Assembly (NCBI GenBank): GCA_029258755.1
Contig: JAPDKC010000020.1
Coordinates: forward strand, 532 to 64,531
Length of the DNA stretch: 64,000 nucleotides
DNA from: an archaeon
GTDB taxonomy: Archaea; Iainarchaeota; Iainarchaeia; Iainarchaeales; DTGL01
Direction of reading: 5' to 3'
Shown: positions 44,753-53,866 of the stretch, one piece after another
Numbering within the stretch: position 1 is the first letter of the stretch
Layout: every line of letters starts with the position of its first letter
Program-made: the position numbers and the translations under genes
The notes under the pieces: model-generated
Told to the model about the DNA's origin: nothing
The model's input: the letters and a program-made list of their open reading frames with translations, nothing else
Databases searched by the model: none

Positions 44753-44962
44753 CTATGCTTCCTTTAGCGCAGAAAGCATCTCTTTCGCTTCTTCCTCACT
44801 TAACTTTTCAACAACAGTGCCAAACTGCACAATCACCCAGTCGCCTGGTTTTGCATTTGCAAGCGAGTTATTGGCTTCTCTGAGCTCTGAACCATAATCA
44901 ACAACAGCTACCTTACCTTTGCCCTTTAGCTCAACAACCTTGCCAGGTATCGCAAGGCACAT
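44753..44962 (-). CDS. hypC: Hydrogenase assembly chaperone HypC/HupF
   Basis: N-terminal 'MCLAIPGKVVEL' with the essential Cys2. Length 69 aa. Confidence 0.8.
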   Translation of the reverse strand: MCLAIPGKVVELKGKGKVAVVDYGSELREANNSLANAKPGDWVIVQFGTVVEKLSEEEAKEMLSALKEA

Positions 44963-45011
44963 TTTGCCAACCTATCTTTCTTTTTAATGATTTCCGTTCC
45001 GAAATCTTTAA

Positions 45012-46616
45012 ATGAAGCTCTCTAAAGAAATAAAGCCAAGTTACATAGTTTTTATCGTTCTTGTTTTCTTTTGGTCGTTGTGTTTGCTATCTGTGCTGAA
45101 CAAATACCTTACAGTGGATGAATCAGTGTATATAGTTGCTGGCTATTCCTATCTTAAAGAGTTGGATTTTAGGATGAATCAGGAGCATCCAATATTTGCA
45201 AAGCTTCTTTATGGAATTCCGCTTTTGTTTATAAATCCCAAATTGCCTACGAAAAGCGAGAACTGGGAAAGAATGGGTCAAAGAATAGATGTGGGCGCTA
45301 GCTATAATTTTGCTGCAGATTTTTACAATGAAAATAAGGATGAATTTAGAGCAATAGTACTTTCCGCTCGTGTAGTTGTAATAACGCTTGCAGCACTGCT
45401 GGCTTTCTTTGTGTTCCGCTGGACTTACGAACTTTTTGGTTTTAGAGCTGCTATGCTTGCACTCCTCATCTTTTGTTTTGAGCCAAATATTATAGCACAT
45501 GCGAGGTTAGCTACATTAGACATGCCTCTAACCTTTTTCGTTTTTGTGAGCTTCTACTTCTTCTGGAAATATGCTCAATCATCGAAGCAAATATTTCTTT
45601 GGGTTTCAGCTATTGCGTTATCTTTAGCGATACTTACTAAATATACGGCTTTACTTTTCTTTCCCTTGCTTTTCCTGTTTGCTTTATCGCAATATAAAGC
45701 TTTGCGCATAGCTCAACCGAGCTTCTTTAAAAAGCATAGCGAGCTTCTCCATTACGCATCCATTTTTCTAGTATTCCTTTTCATTCCTATAGTAATAGCA
45801 AATCTCTTGTATGCTTTTGAGAGCTATAAGCCCAATTACTACCTTTTCATTCCTGCACGAATGCTTGAAGGTTTTGATTTTATAAGCAGATGGGTTTCAG
45901 CCGGTAGAGAAGGTTATTTGCTTGGTGAGTTCCGCACTTTCATACCAGAGTATTTCCTTATAGCTTTCCTTATAAAAAGCACCTTGCCTTTTCTTATCCT
46001 TCTTGCCCTTTCCATCTACCTTTTCCTAAAAAACCGCAATAAAGAAGCATTTAGTATCTTAATGCCAGCACTCCTCTTCTTTATTCTTGTTTCTCTTTTC
46101 AGCAGGTTCTATCTGGGTTTGCGCTACATATTACCAGCATATCCTTTCCTGTGCGTCTTTATTTCTGGCTCTTTGGCTTCTGAGCTTAAAGATGCAAACA
46201 AGCGCAAACTAAGTATTGCTATTGTTGCTCTGCTTGTTTGGCACATTTATTCGTCTCTTTCTATATTCCCTCATTATCTCGCTTACTTCAATGAGCTTGT
46301 AGGCGGTCCTGCAAATGGACCAAAGTATCTGAGCGATTCGAATATTGACTGGGGCCAGGATTTATTCTACTTTATCGAATTTGCAAGGGAAAACAGCTTA
46401 GAAAATCCAAATTTTATCTATTTTGGTTGGCCATATGCAACCATGTTTTTGCAAGCACGTTACGAGCCAATATGCAAGCCTACTAATACAAAAATTGCTG
46501 TAAGCGTTACGAGAATAATCGGGCTTACAAAGGACGACAACTGCCTGCGCTGGCTGCTTAACTATGAGCCAAAAGCAAGAATCGGATGGAGCATTTATTA
46601 TTATGAGATAGAATAA
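45012..46616 (+). CDS. Family 39/83-type (PMT_2/ArnT-like) membrane glycosyltransferase
   Basis: Polytopic 534-aa protein with an N-terminal luminal-loop motif region 'YIVAGYSYLKELDFRMNQEHPIFAKLLYGIPLL' typical of dolichyl/undecaprenyl-phosphate-sugar-dependent GT-C enzymes. Confidence 0.6.
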   Translation: MKLSKEIKPSYIVFIVLVFFWSLCLLSVLNKYLTVDESVYIVAGYSYLKELDFRMNQEHPIFAKLLYGIPLLFINPKLPTKSENWERMGQRIDVGASYNFAADFYNENKDEFRAIVLSARVVVITLAALLAFFVFRWTYELFGFRAAMLALLIFCFEPNIIAHARLATLDMPLTFFVFVSFYFFWKYAQSSKQIFLWVSAIALSLAILTKYTALLFFPLLFLFALSQYKALRIAQPSFFKKHSELLHYASIFLVFLFIPIVIANLLYAFESYKPNYYLFIPARMLEGFDFISRWVSAGREGYLLGEFRTFIPEYFLIAFLIKSTLPFLILLALSIYLFLKNRNKEAFSILMPALLFFILVSLFSRFYLGLRYILPAYPFLCVFISGSLASELKDANKRKLSIAIVALLVWHIYSSLSIFPHYLAYFNELVGGPANGPKYLSDSNIDWGQDLFYFIEFARENSLENPNFIYFGWPYATMFLQARYEPICKPTNTKIAVSVTRIIGLTKDDNCLRWLLNYEPKARIGWSIYYYEIE

Positions 46617-46620
46617 AAAA

Positions 46621-47106
46621 TTAATGCAATAGTAATTTCCCCCTTGCTAATCTTCGAGCTACTTCTTCTGCTATTTTTCTAATGTCCTTTTCCCATTGTT
46701 CTGAAAAGTATCTCCTTAGCACATCTTTTGGATATTTCTGAGCATCTGCTTTAAGCCCACGCTTTTCAACAAACCTGCGAACATGCTTAGCGATAAGCCA
46801 TGAAGCATAGCCTTCTCCAAACATTCCCCTGATGATACCACTTAAACCTCTTTTTTCTTTAGCAGCCTTTTCAATTAGCGTGCAGAGAAACCTTCCCTTT
46901 AATATATCTGGAATCTCTAATGATTTATCAGCGGTTAATTGTCTTCCCCAATCAACCAACGCTGAAAAAAGCGAGCTTCTTTTTCCAAGCCGTATTTTTA
47001 CATTTCTGCCAATGGGCCTTCTGGGCTCTTTTCCTGGAAGGCCTGGAACTCTGGCAGAGAGCTGTTTTATCATTTTCTTATATGTTTTTCCTCCTCTTCT
47101 CGGCAT
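46621..47106 (-). CDS. Hypothetical basic protein
   Basis: Intact 161-aa ORF. No recognised motifs. Confidence 0.4.
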   Translation of the reverse strand: MPRRGGKTYKKMIKQLSARVPGLPGKEPRRPIGRNVKIRLGKRSSLFSALVDWGRQLTADKSLEIPDILKGRFLCTLIEKAAKEKRGLSGIIRGMFGEGYASWLIAKHVRRFVEKRGLKADAQKYPKDVLRRYFSEQWEKDIRKIAEEVARRLARGKLLLH

Positions 47107-47419
47107 GCAAGTTCAATAAAATTATCCAATTGTATTTTAAAAATTTTCTGTAAAAGTCGGTTTTTTGGGAAAGGTTTTAAAGGTCATTTTCGCTATATTT
47201 AAAGAAATATGTAAAAATTTGTTCCTTTCTTACATTAGTTATATCTTTGTCCACAAGTAGGTTTTAATTTGGTGGGTGATTCACTATGCCGGCAAGAAAG
47301 CCGAAAAGGAACGTAGTTCCAAAAGAGGTTTCTAGACGGAATGTACATGCCAACAGAAGGCAAAATCTAAGAATTAGGAGCTTAAGAAGGACAGGAAACA
47401 GGTAGTTTTTGCTTAACTA

Positions 47420-47890
47420 CTATCTTCCATATATAAACAATATTTTGAGCTTCCTTGTGTCTATTCCTTCTTGTTTTGCAAGTCGCTTCGCTAAACCTTC
47501 CAATTTTGGCCTTTCTCTATCAAACGCTTCCCTTTGCATACTGCTTGTTATGTTTCCTATTCTTACAACTCCTCCGGATTTTTTTATTTCTTCTATTCGG
47601 GGCGCTATAAAAATAATAGCACGTGTTATTCCCTCTCCTTCTCGAAAAGTAATGCCTACAATCATAGGCACTCTTTGTTTGCCTATTGCTCCATGTTTGA
47701 ATTTCACTACCTTTCTAAAGAGATGCACTTTATCGCCTTCATAATCAACAAGTTTTTTCATTCCTAATGTTTCAGCGGCAATTGGTTGCCAGCCTCTAAA
47801 GAATACATTCTTATAAATTCGCCTAATAAAATTTCTTAATTTAGGAAGCATCCCTCCTGCCTTTTTTCTTAAAATTCCTTTTTTCACCAT
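47420..47890 (-). CDS. Hypothetical basic protein
   Basis: Intact 156-aa ORF. No recognised motifs. Confidence 0.4.
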   Translation of the reverse strand: MVKKGILRKKAGGMLPKLRNFIRRIYKNVFFRGWQPIAAETLGMKKLVDYEGDKVHLFRKVVKFKHGAIGKQRVPMIVGITFREGEGITRAIIFIAPRIEEIKKSGGVVRIGNITSSMQREAFDRERPKLEGLAKRLAKQEGIDTRKLKILFIYGR

Positions 47891-47949
47891 AAAGATATCT
47901 TTGTTTAATTTTTAATACAAATGTTTTTCCTCTCTTATATCATTTACTT

Positions 47950-48771
47950 TTACTTTCTTTTTCTGGGTTTTTGTTTCTTCCATCTTTTATCTTTGTGCAT
48001 AAGCTCTTTCAATCTTCTTACGGTTTCCCTTTTTGCCCTTCGATATTTTTCTCCAAACCTCCTAAGCATTTGCTCGTATCTGCGCATTGCTTCCGGTTTT
48101 TCTATAAACATTGCTGCGTTTTTAGCGTGCTCTATACCGCAAAGCACAACAACATTTTCCCCTTCTTTTAACCTTCTCGCAACTGATGTTGCAGATTTTG
48201 CTATTAAAAAATCTAGAAATTTTTGTTCGGGCATACGCTCTTTTAATTTATTTAATGCTTTTAGGTACCTTCTAAAGTTTAGCATTACAGGAACATTATA
48301 AATCCTGCTGAGAGCATCGCTTTTAGCAATGAGGGCTCCGACACGTGTCTCTAATAGCAGCTCAAATAACAGGTGCATTCTTAATGCTCGGACAAACTTC
48401 TTGTATAGCTTTGCATCCTTTTTGCCTAATGCCTCTTCAAGTTTTTTGTTTAAATGGTTCCTAATAGCGGCAGTTTCTGCTGGGGGAAAAACATTCGCTG
48501 CTTCGTATCTAAGTAGCTCAGAGAAAAGTAGTGTATAAGCCCACTCTCCAAGAGATATTGTATCAGATTCTGAAGAAGGTTCAACAAGAATTACAGTGTT
48601 GTTAGGATAGAGTCCGTTCTTCGAGAAATAGTTCTTTATCCTTTCCCTATCCCTTTTGGAAGGAGTGCCAATTCTAACAACACGATCCTTTGTCCTTTTT
48701 CTTTTTCCATGAGCAATTCCTATTATATGAATTCTTCTTCCCTTATAATCTAATTCCTTTATTTCGATCAT
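47950..48771 (-). CDS. Hypothetical protein, possibly TraB/GumN-family-like
   Basis: N-terminal 'RRIHIIGIAHG' and C-terminal 'ENVVVLCGIEHAKNAAMF' resemble the two conserved G-x-A-H blocks of the TraB family. Weak evidence. Confidence 0.35.
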   Translation of the reverse strand: MIEIKELDYKGRRIHIIGIAHGKRKRTKDRVVRIGTPSKRDRERIKNYFSKNGLYPNNTVILVEPSSESDTISLGEWAYTLLFSELLRYEAANVFPPAETAAIRNHLNKKLEEALGKKDAKLYKKFVRALRMHLLFELLLETRVGALIAKSDALSRIYNVPVMLNFRRYLKALNKLKERMPEQKFLDFLIAKSATSVARRLKEGENVVVLCGIEHAKNAAMFIEKPEAMRRYEQMLRRFGEKYRRAKRETVRRLKELMHKDKRWKKQKPRKRK

Positions 48772-48843
48772 TATTATCGCTACAGCAAATCTTCTCTTGT
48801 TTTATAGAAAAATAATATAAATAACCAATTTTTATTTTTAGGC

Positions 48844-49623
48844 ATGGGCAGGCCTAAAAAGATTAGAAAGAGGATCCCTGATAAAGATATGGAAAGACGC
48901 GTAGAACGCACTATAATGGAAGGGCTTCCATGGAGTATAGATGATGGCATTTGGGGCGAAAAGCAGCGCAAGTATAGAGCTATACTTGAAAGGATAAAAA
49001 GAACAGAAGGCATCGAAGCAATGAAAGCATTTATTGAGACACGTAGAAGGCTTTACAGGGCAAGAAAGGAAACTCTTAAAGCTTTGCGCTCCTGGGTTAT
49101 GAAACGCGTTGAAAGATACCCAGATTTCTATGGTGTTTTTGTACATGGAAGCTTTGCTTATGGAAAAGCAGAGCCAAGGGATATAGACCTTATCCCCTTA
49201 GTGCATCCAAAAGCAGATAAAAACCGTTTAACACAGATATTTTTGGGGCCCGATGGTATTACAAATGTTCCTTTGGGTGAGCGCAGAATTCCTTTGGATC
49301 CTTTTGCGTGGGGAGGTTCTATAAAAGATAGATCTCTCAAGCTTGGCTTTGATGTTTTTCTTAGGATTTGGAGTAGCTTTAGGTTTTCTCCTACGGCAGA
49401 ATGGTTTGAGGAGAGAGGCATACATATAAAAGAGTTCTATGTCGGAGTTACTCCCGATCTTTTTATAGGTGACCCAGCCGTTCATACAATACTACGCGAA
49501 ATGGTAGATCTGATCAAAAAATATAACCCTGCAGGTGAATCTCAACTCAAAGAAATTTATGAAAAACACTTAAAAAATAAGATAGAAGAATACATGAAAA
49601 AGCGAGGACAGAAAATGCAATAG
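48844..49623 (+). CDS. Minimal nucleotidyltransferase (Pol-beta superfamily) domain protein
   Basis: 'VFVHGSFAYGKAEPRDIDLIPLV' fits the hG[GS]...G...DxD NTase motif. The N-terminus is basic. Confidence 0.55.
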   Translation: MGRPKKIRKRIPDKDMERRVERTIMEGLPWSIDDGIWGEKQRKYRAILERIKRTEGIEAMKAFIETRRRLYRARKETLKALRSWVMKRVERYPDFYGVFVHGSFAYGKAEPRDIDLIPLVHPKADKNRLTQIFLGPDGITNVPLGERRIPLDPFAWGGSIKDRSLKLGFDVFLRIWSSFRFSPTAEWFEERGIHIKEFYVGVTPDLFIGDPAVHTILREMVDLIKKYNPAGESQLKEIYEKHLKNKIEEYMKKRGQKMQ

Positions 49624-49684
49624 TAATCGCAGGTATCTTAATTATTTATTCAATATGAACTCACTAGCCAATCCGCCATTCGGA

Positions 49685-50221
49685 TTATTTTACTTTCACA
49701 CGTTTTCTTCCAAACAATTTTCGATTTACGTTTGTAAAGATAATGTTACCTTTCCTATCAACTATCACATAACTGTAGCGCTTGCGCAATCTTTGTATCT
49801 TGGGATTTTTAGAATTTTTAATTGAATCTCCCAACTCTTCTAATGCTTTGCGAACTTTTTTAGCGCCTTCGAAAACACTTATCACAGAGGCGCCAAAGCT
49901 AGCACCTGTAAAGCCAGCAAGAAGTCTTGTAGAGCGAGTTTCTGGTGTTCTTCCTTTCATCGAGCTGGTAATTAAATATAGAAGTCCTCCTGCGGATAGT
50001 GAAAGAAGCACCCCAGCAACATTGCGCTCAAATCGCGCTGTTTTTATCTTATCAACGTGTTTCCTAATCTCATCTGGAAGCTCTTCGTAGTTAAAGCCCC
50101 TTTCTTTAATTACAACTCTTTTAGCGGCTTTCGGATTGCGAATTGTTCGAACAGCCCTTTTTAAAGAAATTTTCGTTCTCCTAATAGGATTTCTCTTTTT
50201 TGGCATTATATCACCATTCAT
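49685..50221 (-). CDS. Hypothetical basic membrane protein
   Basis: 178 aa with a central hydrophobic stretch 'VAGVLLSLSAGGLLYLITS'. Confidence 0.4.
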   Translation of the reverse strand: MNGDIMPKKRNPIRRTKISLKRAVRTIRNPKAAKRVVIKERGFNYEELPDEIRKHVDKIKTARFERNVAGVLLSLSAGGLLYLITSSMKGRTPETRSTRLLAGFTGASFGASVISVFEGAKKVRKALEELGDSIKNSKNPKIQRLRKRYSYVIVDRKGNIIFTNVNRKLFGRKRVKVK

Positions 50222-50399
50222 TGGCTAACTATATATCCAACTTAAAAAACGTTTTCTTCTATAAAAACATTTCGTTCACTAAAAAGGTAAAAAAGCTTTC
50301 ATAAATTTTATTTCACTATGCTATTAGGGGTAAGAAAATGAAAAGACCTTGGTACTATTTTTATTTTACCGAATGGATTGAGATATAAGTGATTTTAAT

Positions 50400-51329
50400 A
50401 TGAAAAAGCGTAGAGTTGTGCCAAAGAGAGCCGAGCTTTTGAAGCGCTTGAAAGAAGGAGAAAGGAAAAAGATCAAAAGTTCTGCACTTTTGCAGAAATT
50501 TGAACAGCTCGTAAAATGGCTTGCGTACCAGCAATATGGTAGAGAAGTGTTAACAGAACAGGAAATGTTAAAAGTTTGTAGAAGAGCTGCAAAAATACTT
50601 CTAGAGAAACCTTTTGTACCAAGGGAAACAAAGTTAGATGCCCTTAAAGGTTCTCGCTTTATTTATGTTGCAGGATTAGATTCACTCAATAAAAGGTGCT
50701 TTAAGAAATTTCCTTATAGGTGGAAGAGCTTTTTGCGCACAGGGCTTAGAGTAGAAATTCACACAATTATAGGCAGCCCTCTATATGGCCCTTTGCTTCG
50801 AGGATCTGTCGCGAGAGTTAAAGTAGTTCCTGACAGGGAAAAATGGCTTAAAGTTCCAGAGATCGCAAACGCATTGCGGTACCGCAGAATTCGTGATTAT
50901 TCCTCACATGTGAAGGATTCAATAGGATACGTAGCATGCAAATTTCACAAGGTATCTAATAACAATTACGCGTTAGTTATCTGGAATATTCAGCACCGCG
51001 GCCAATCTCTGCCAAGATGGTTTGCTAGCCGCTGCAAGAACTGGGAAGTTGATCTAATTGAAATGCTCGAAACGCTTGCGAAAAAAGCCGGCGCAAAATA
51101 CGTGGCTGTGCCTAAAGGAGATCTATTCTTGCGCTTCTTCAAGGATTTTTATCCAGAAGATAAATTGAAAAAGCTTGCAGAAGAGTACAGAAGATTCGAA
51201 AATAAATTCAGGGAGATGGGCTACAAAAGTGCAGATATAGCACTAAAAGTTCCGTTCTTCAAAATACCTCTTACTCAACCCACTGAAGTGAATGTAACCG
51301 ACTACATGCTCTGGAAGGAGTTAAAATAA
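50400..51329 (+). CDS. Hypothetical protein
   Basis: Intact 309-aa ORF. No recognised motifs. Confidence 0.4.
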   Translation: MKKRRVVPKRAELLKRLKEGERKKIKSSALLQKFEQLVKWLAYQQYGREVLTEQEMLKVCRRAAKILLEKPFVPRETKLDALKGSRFIYVAGLDSLNKRCFKKFPYRWKSFLRTGLRVEIHTIIGSPLYGPLLRGSVARVKVVPDREKWLKVPEIANALRYRRIRDYSSHVKDSIGYVACKFHKVSNNNYALVIWNIQHRGQSLPRWFASRCKNWEVDLIEMLETLAKKAGAKYVAVPKGDLFLRFFKDFYPEDKLKKLAEEYRRFENKFREMGYKSADIALKVPFFKIPLTQPTEVNVTDYMLWKELK

Positions 51330-51561
51330 ATTTCAGGTTGGATGTGAAAAAGAAGAGCAATTTACCATAATTGTTATAATATTGCAACAAGCCCCAATTA
51401 CTCCTACTATAGCCTGATTCTAACTATTTCTCTTTTTCCAATGTAAGCAGTGTATGAGCCTGCCCAAATTTCAATCCTACCATAGTCCGATTCTAACTTG
51501 CTTGTTATATAGTAATTCGTTTTCATTAAATTAAAATTTCTTCAATAAAATTTAAATTCCC

Positions 51562-52188
51562 CTATTTCTTTTTGTGCCGAAAATGTCTTTGCGATATTTC
51601 TCTAATCTCCTTTCTTAGCTCATCGATTTTCCTTCTATGATGCCTTATATGATCTTTATATTCTTTTCCTCCAAAACGTCGCAGTGTAAGCGCTCTCATA
51701 AGATGCCTTTTTCTGACCCCGTGGAAAAATGGTGCCCTGCCAAAAACATGAGCCACAAAATCAGCCCTCTTTTTACCTCTTTCGGTAGCAAATAAAGCTG
51801 CAGTTAAAACATTTTTAAATTCAAGCTTTTGAAGCGATTTTTTTATGTTTTCTACTGTTTTCCCAGTTGAAATGAATTCTTCCAAAATAAGTGCATTTTG
51901 CCCTTTTTTATGTTTAAGCGAAGGAAAAAGATGTGCAAGCTTCTTTGCGATCTTTTCCGGGCTCAAGAGATAAGCACTTGGCATTGTTCCGAGAGCATAA
52001 AAAGTTGGCATGGGCTTTTTAGGAAAAAGCTCGCGCCAAAAATGCCTAAAAAGCCAAGCTACTGGCTGCGCACTAGAGCCCGCAACAATAACAACTCTTA
52101 CGTTATTTTTTTCCGCAAATTTTACGATCTCAGAAACCCCTTCTGCAATAAGCTTTTTTTCCTCTTCTGTAAGCTCGATTTTTTCCAT
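51562..52188 (-). CDS. PRTase-fold-like protein with a basic C-terminal tail; paralog 1 of a tandem pair
   Basis: 'VRVVIVAGSSAQPVAWLF...MPTFYALG' and 'ALILEEFISTGKTVENI' resemble a type I phosphoribosyltransferase PRPP-binding loop. The tail is R/K/H-rich. Confidence 0.45.
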   Translation of the reverse strand: MEKIELTEEEKKLIAEGVSEIVKFAEKNNVRVVIVAGSSAQPVAWLFRHFWRELFPKKPMPTFYALGTMPSAYLLSPEKIAKKLAHLFPSLKHKKGQNALILEEFISTGKTVENIKKSLQKLEFKNVLTAALFATERGKKRADFVAHVFGRAPFFHGVRKRHLMRALTLRRFGGKEYKDHIRHHRRKIDELRKEIREISQRHFRHKKK

Positions 52189-52192
52189 AGGA

Positions 52193-52816
52193 TCACTTCA
52201 AGAACTTTCTTCTCAATACTCTAAGGTTTTGCTTATCGACCATAGACATTCTTTTTATTCGTAGCCGTAGATGCTGAAGCTCTTTTAAGACCTCTTTCCT
52301 ACTTTTTCTTCCCTCGCGAAGAGCACGCTCTATAGCATTTCTCCTTGCTTTATAGAAAAATGGCGGCAGTGATTCTTCAAAGGAGTAAAAATCGCAAAAA
52401 GCTTGGCCCATAGGTTTGGCAAAGAGGGCGGCTTTGTAAACTCTTTTCTTTCCAACCCCTTTTAATATTCTTTCTATTGCTTGCATTGTTTGGCCTAATT
52501 CAACGAACTCATCCATTATTACTATCGGTTCATTAATCTTATTGATATCAAAATTGTCTGATATCATCTTTTTCATAACATCTTCTTTTCTTTTAGATTC
52601 TAGAGGGATCCTCCCGAGAGCGTAAAATTTTGGCATCTTTTCATTTGGAAAAAGTCTGCGCCAAAGAGCTCTAAATAACTTTGCTAATGGTTGCGCACTG
52701 GAACCAGCAACAATTATGCTCTTGGCCTTCTTTTTCCGAACAAAGCCAATGAGCTTTAATGTTCCTATAATTATTTTTTGTTCCTCTCCATCAAATCTTT
52801 CAAAAGGAACTTCCAT
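52193..52816 (-). CDS. PRTase-fold-like protein with a basic C-terminal tail; paralog 2 of the tandem pair
   Basis: Aligns with the neighbouring gene: 'SIIVAGSSAQPLAKLFRALWRRLFPNEKMPKFYALG' and 'IVIMDEFVELGQTMQAI'. Confidence 0.45.
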   Translation of the reverse strand: MEVPFERFDGEEQKIIIGTLKLIGFVRKKKAKSIIVAGSSAQPLAKLFRALWRRLFPNEKMPKFYALGRIPLESKRKEDVMKKMISDNFDINKINEPIVIMDEFVELGQTMQAIERILKGVGKKRVYKAALFAKPMGQAFCDFYSFEESLPPFFYKARRNAIERALREGRKSRKEVLKELQHLRLRIKRMSMVDKQNLRVLRRKFLK

Positions 52817-52879
52817 CCTACCACATAGTTTTTTATATCAAAAACAAAATTATTTAAATGCTCTAAAATTATTATACTT

Positions 52880-53860
52880 TTGGTCTTTATGCCCGTGCCC
52901 AAAAGAAGAAAAGCGGCTAGAAAAGAAAGAATCAGAAGATTTCTTGGCACTCTTTCCAGAAAGAAGAGGGCAAAACTAATAAAGACATTTCAGAAGGTGG
53001 ATGTAGAAAAGATTCAAGAAGAGATGGCTAAGCGCATAAACGAAAATATCGCTAAGCTTAAAGAAGAAAGCAAAGGGTTTTTATTAGAAAAACGCGGAAT
53101 GGTTTTTAAAAATGAAGGAGCAATGAATAGAGCTAAAAGAAGGTTTGAAAGAAGTTTAATAGGGTTCATAGATGAGAAGATAAAGAATGCGCCTCCTCTG
53201 GAAAGAGCTAAAATTTTGCAAGCAATGCAAGAGGTCTTGTTTGAAGGAGGCATTGTTGTTGTTATCCCAAAATCTTCAGATAGAATTCCTACTATAGCGG
53301 AAACCTATGCTGAGCTCACAGCAGATGTTGTGCATGAAGCACTAATTTCTGCAAGGAAACATGTATTAAAACGTTTTTCTGAGCTTCCAAAAGAGCAAAG
53401 GCATTTCTTTTTTCTTGCCCCATTCACACCTAAAAACGTCAGCATTGCAATAATAAACTTCCCTGAAACAAGGGAAGCAACTCACAAAAGCTTAAATTAT
53501 CTTAAGGGTGCTGTAAAGGTTAAAGATGGAAGGCTCGTATTTAGTAGCTCTCTCGTTGAGAAAGCTAAAGAAACAATGAAAAGAGTCCTTTTAAAATGGT
53601 TCCATGAAAACTACTCGGATGTGCCGAAAGAATACAGGAGAAAATTTTGCCAAACGGTTGTGGAAAGCGTTCGAAAAAGGGAACTTAAATTACTCAAACT
53701 CCCTTCACAAACCAAGGCTCTTATGAAAACATTGTTTGACCTCTCTCCAGAACAAATAAAGATTTTAGATGCTTATCATGCAAAAATAGAGGAGGTAATG
53801 TTAGATGCTGCAAAAGCTCTTGAGAAAGAGGCAAGAAAAAAGATGCAAGAAAATGTCTAA
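52880..53860 (+). CDS. Hypothetical K/R-rich protein
   Basis: Intact 326-aa ORF. No recognised motifs. Confidence 0.4.
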   Translation: MVFMPVPKRRKAARKERIRRFLGTLSRKKRAKLIKTFQKVDVEKIQEEMAKRINENIAKLKEESKGFLLEKRGMVFKNEGAMNRAKRRFERSLIGFIDEKIKNAPPLERAKILQAMQEVLFEGGIVVVIPKSSDRIPTIAETYAELTADVVHEALISARKHVLKRFSELPKEQRHFFFLAPFTPKNVSIAIINFPETREATHKSLNYLKGAVKVKDGRLVFSSSLVEKAKETMKRVLLKWFHENYSDVPKEYRRKFCQTVVESVRKRELKLLKLPSQTKALMKTLFDLSPEQIKILDAYHAKIEEVMLDAAKALEKEARKKMQENV

Positions 53861-53866
53861 GCATTA

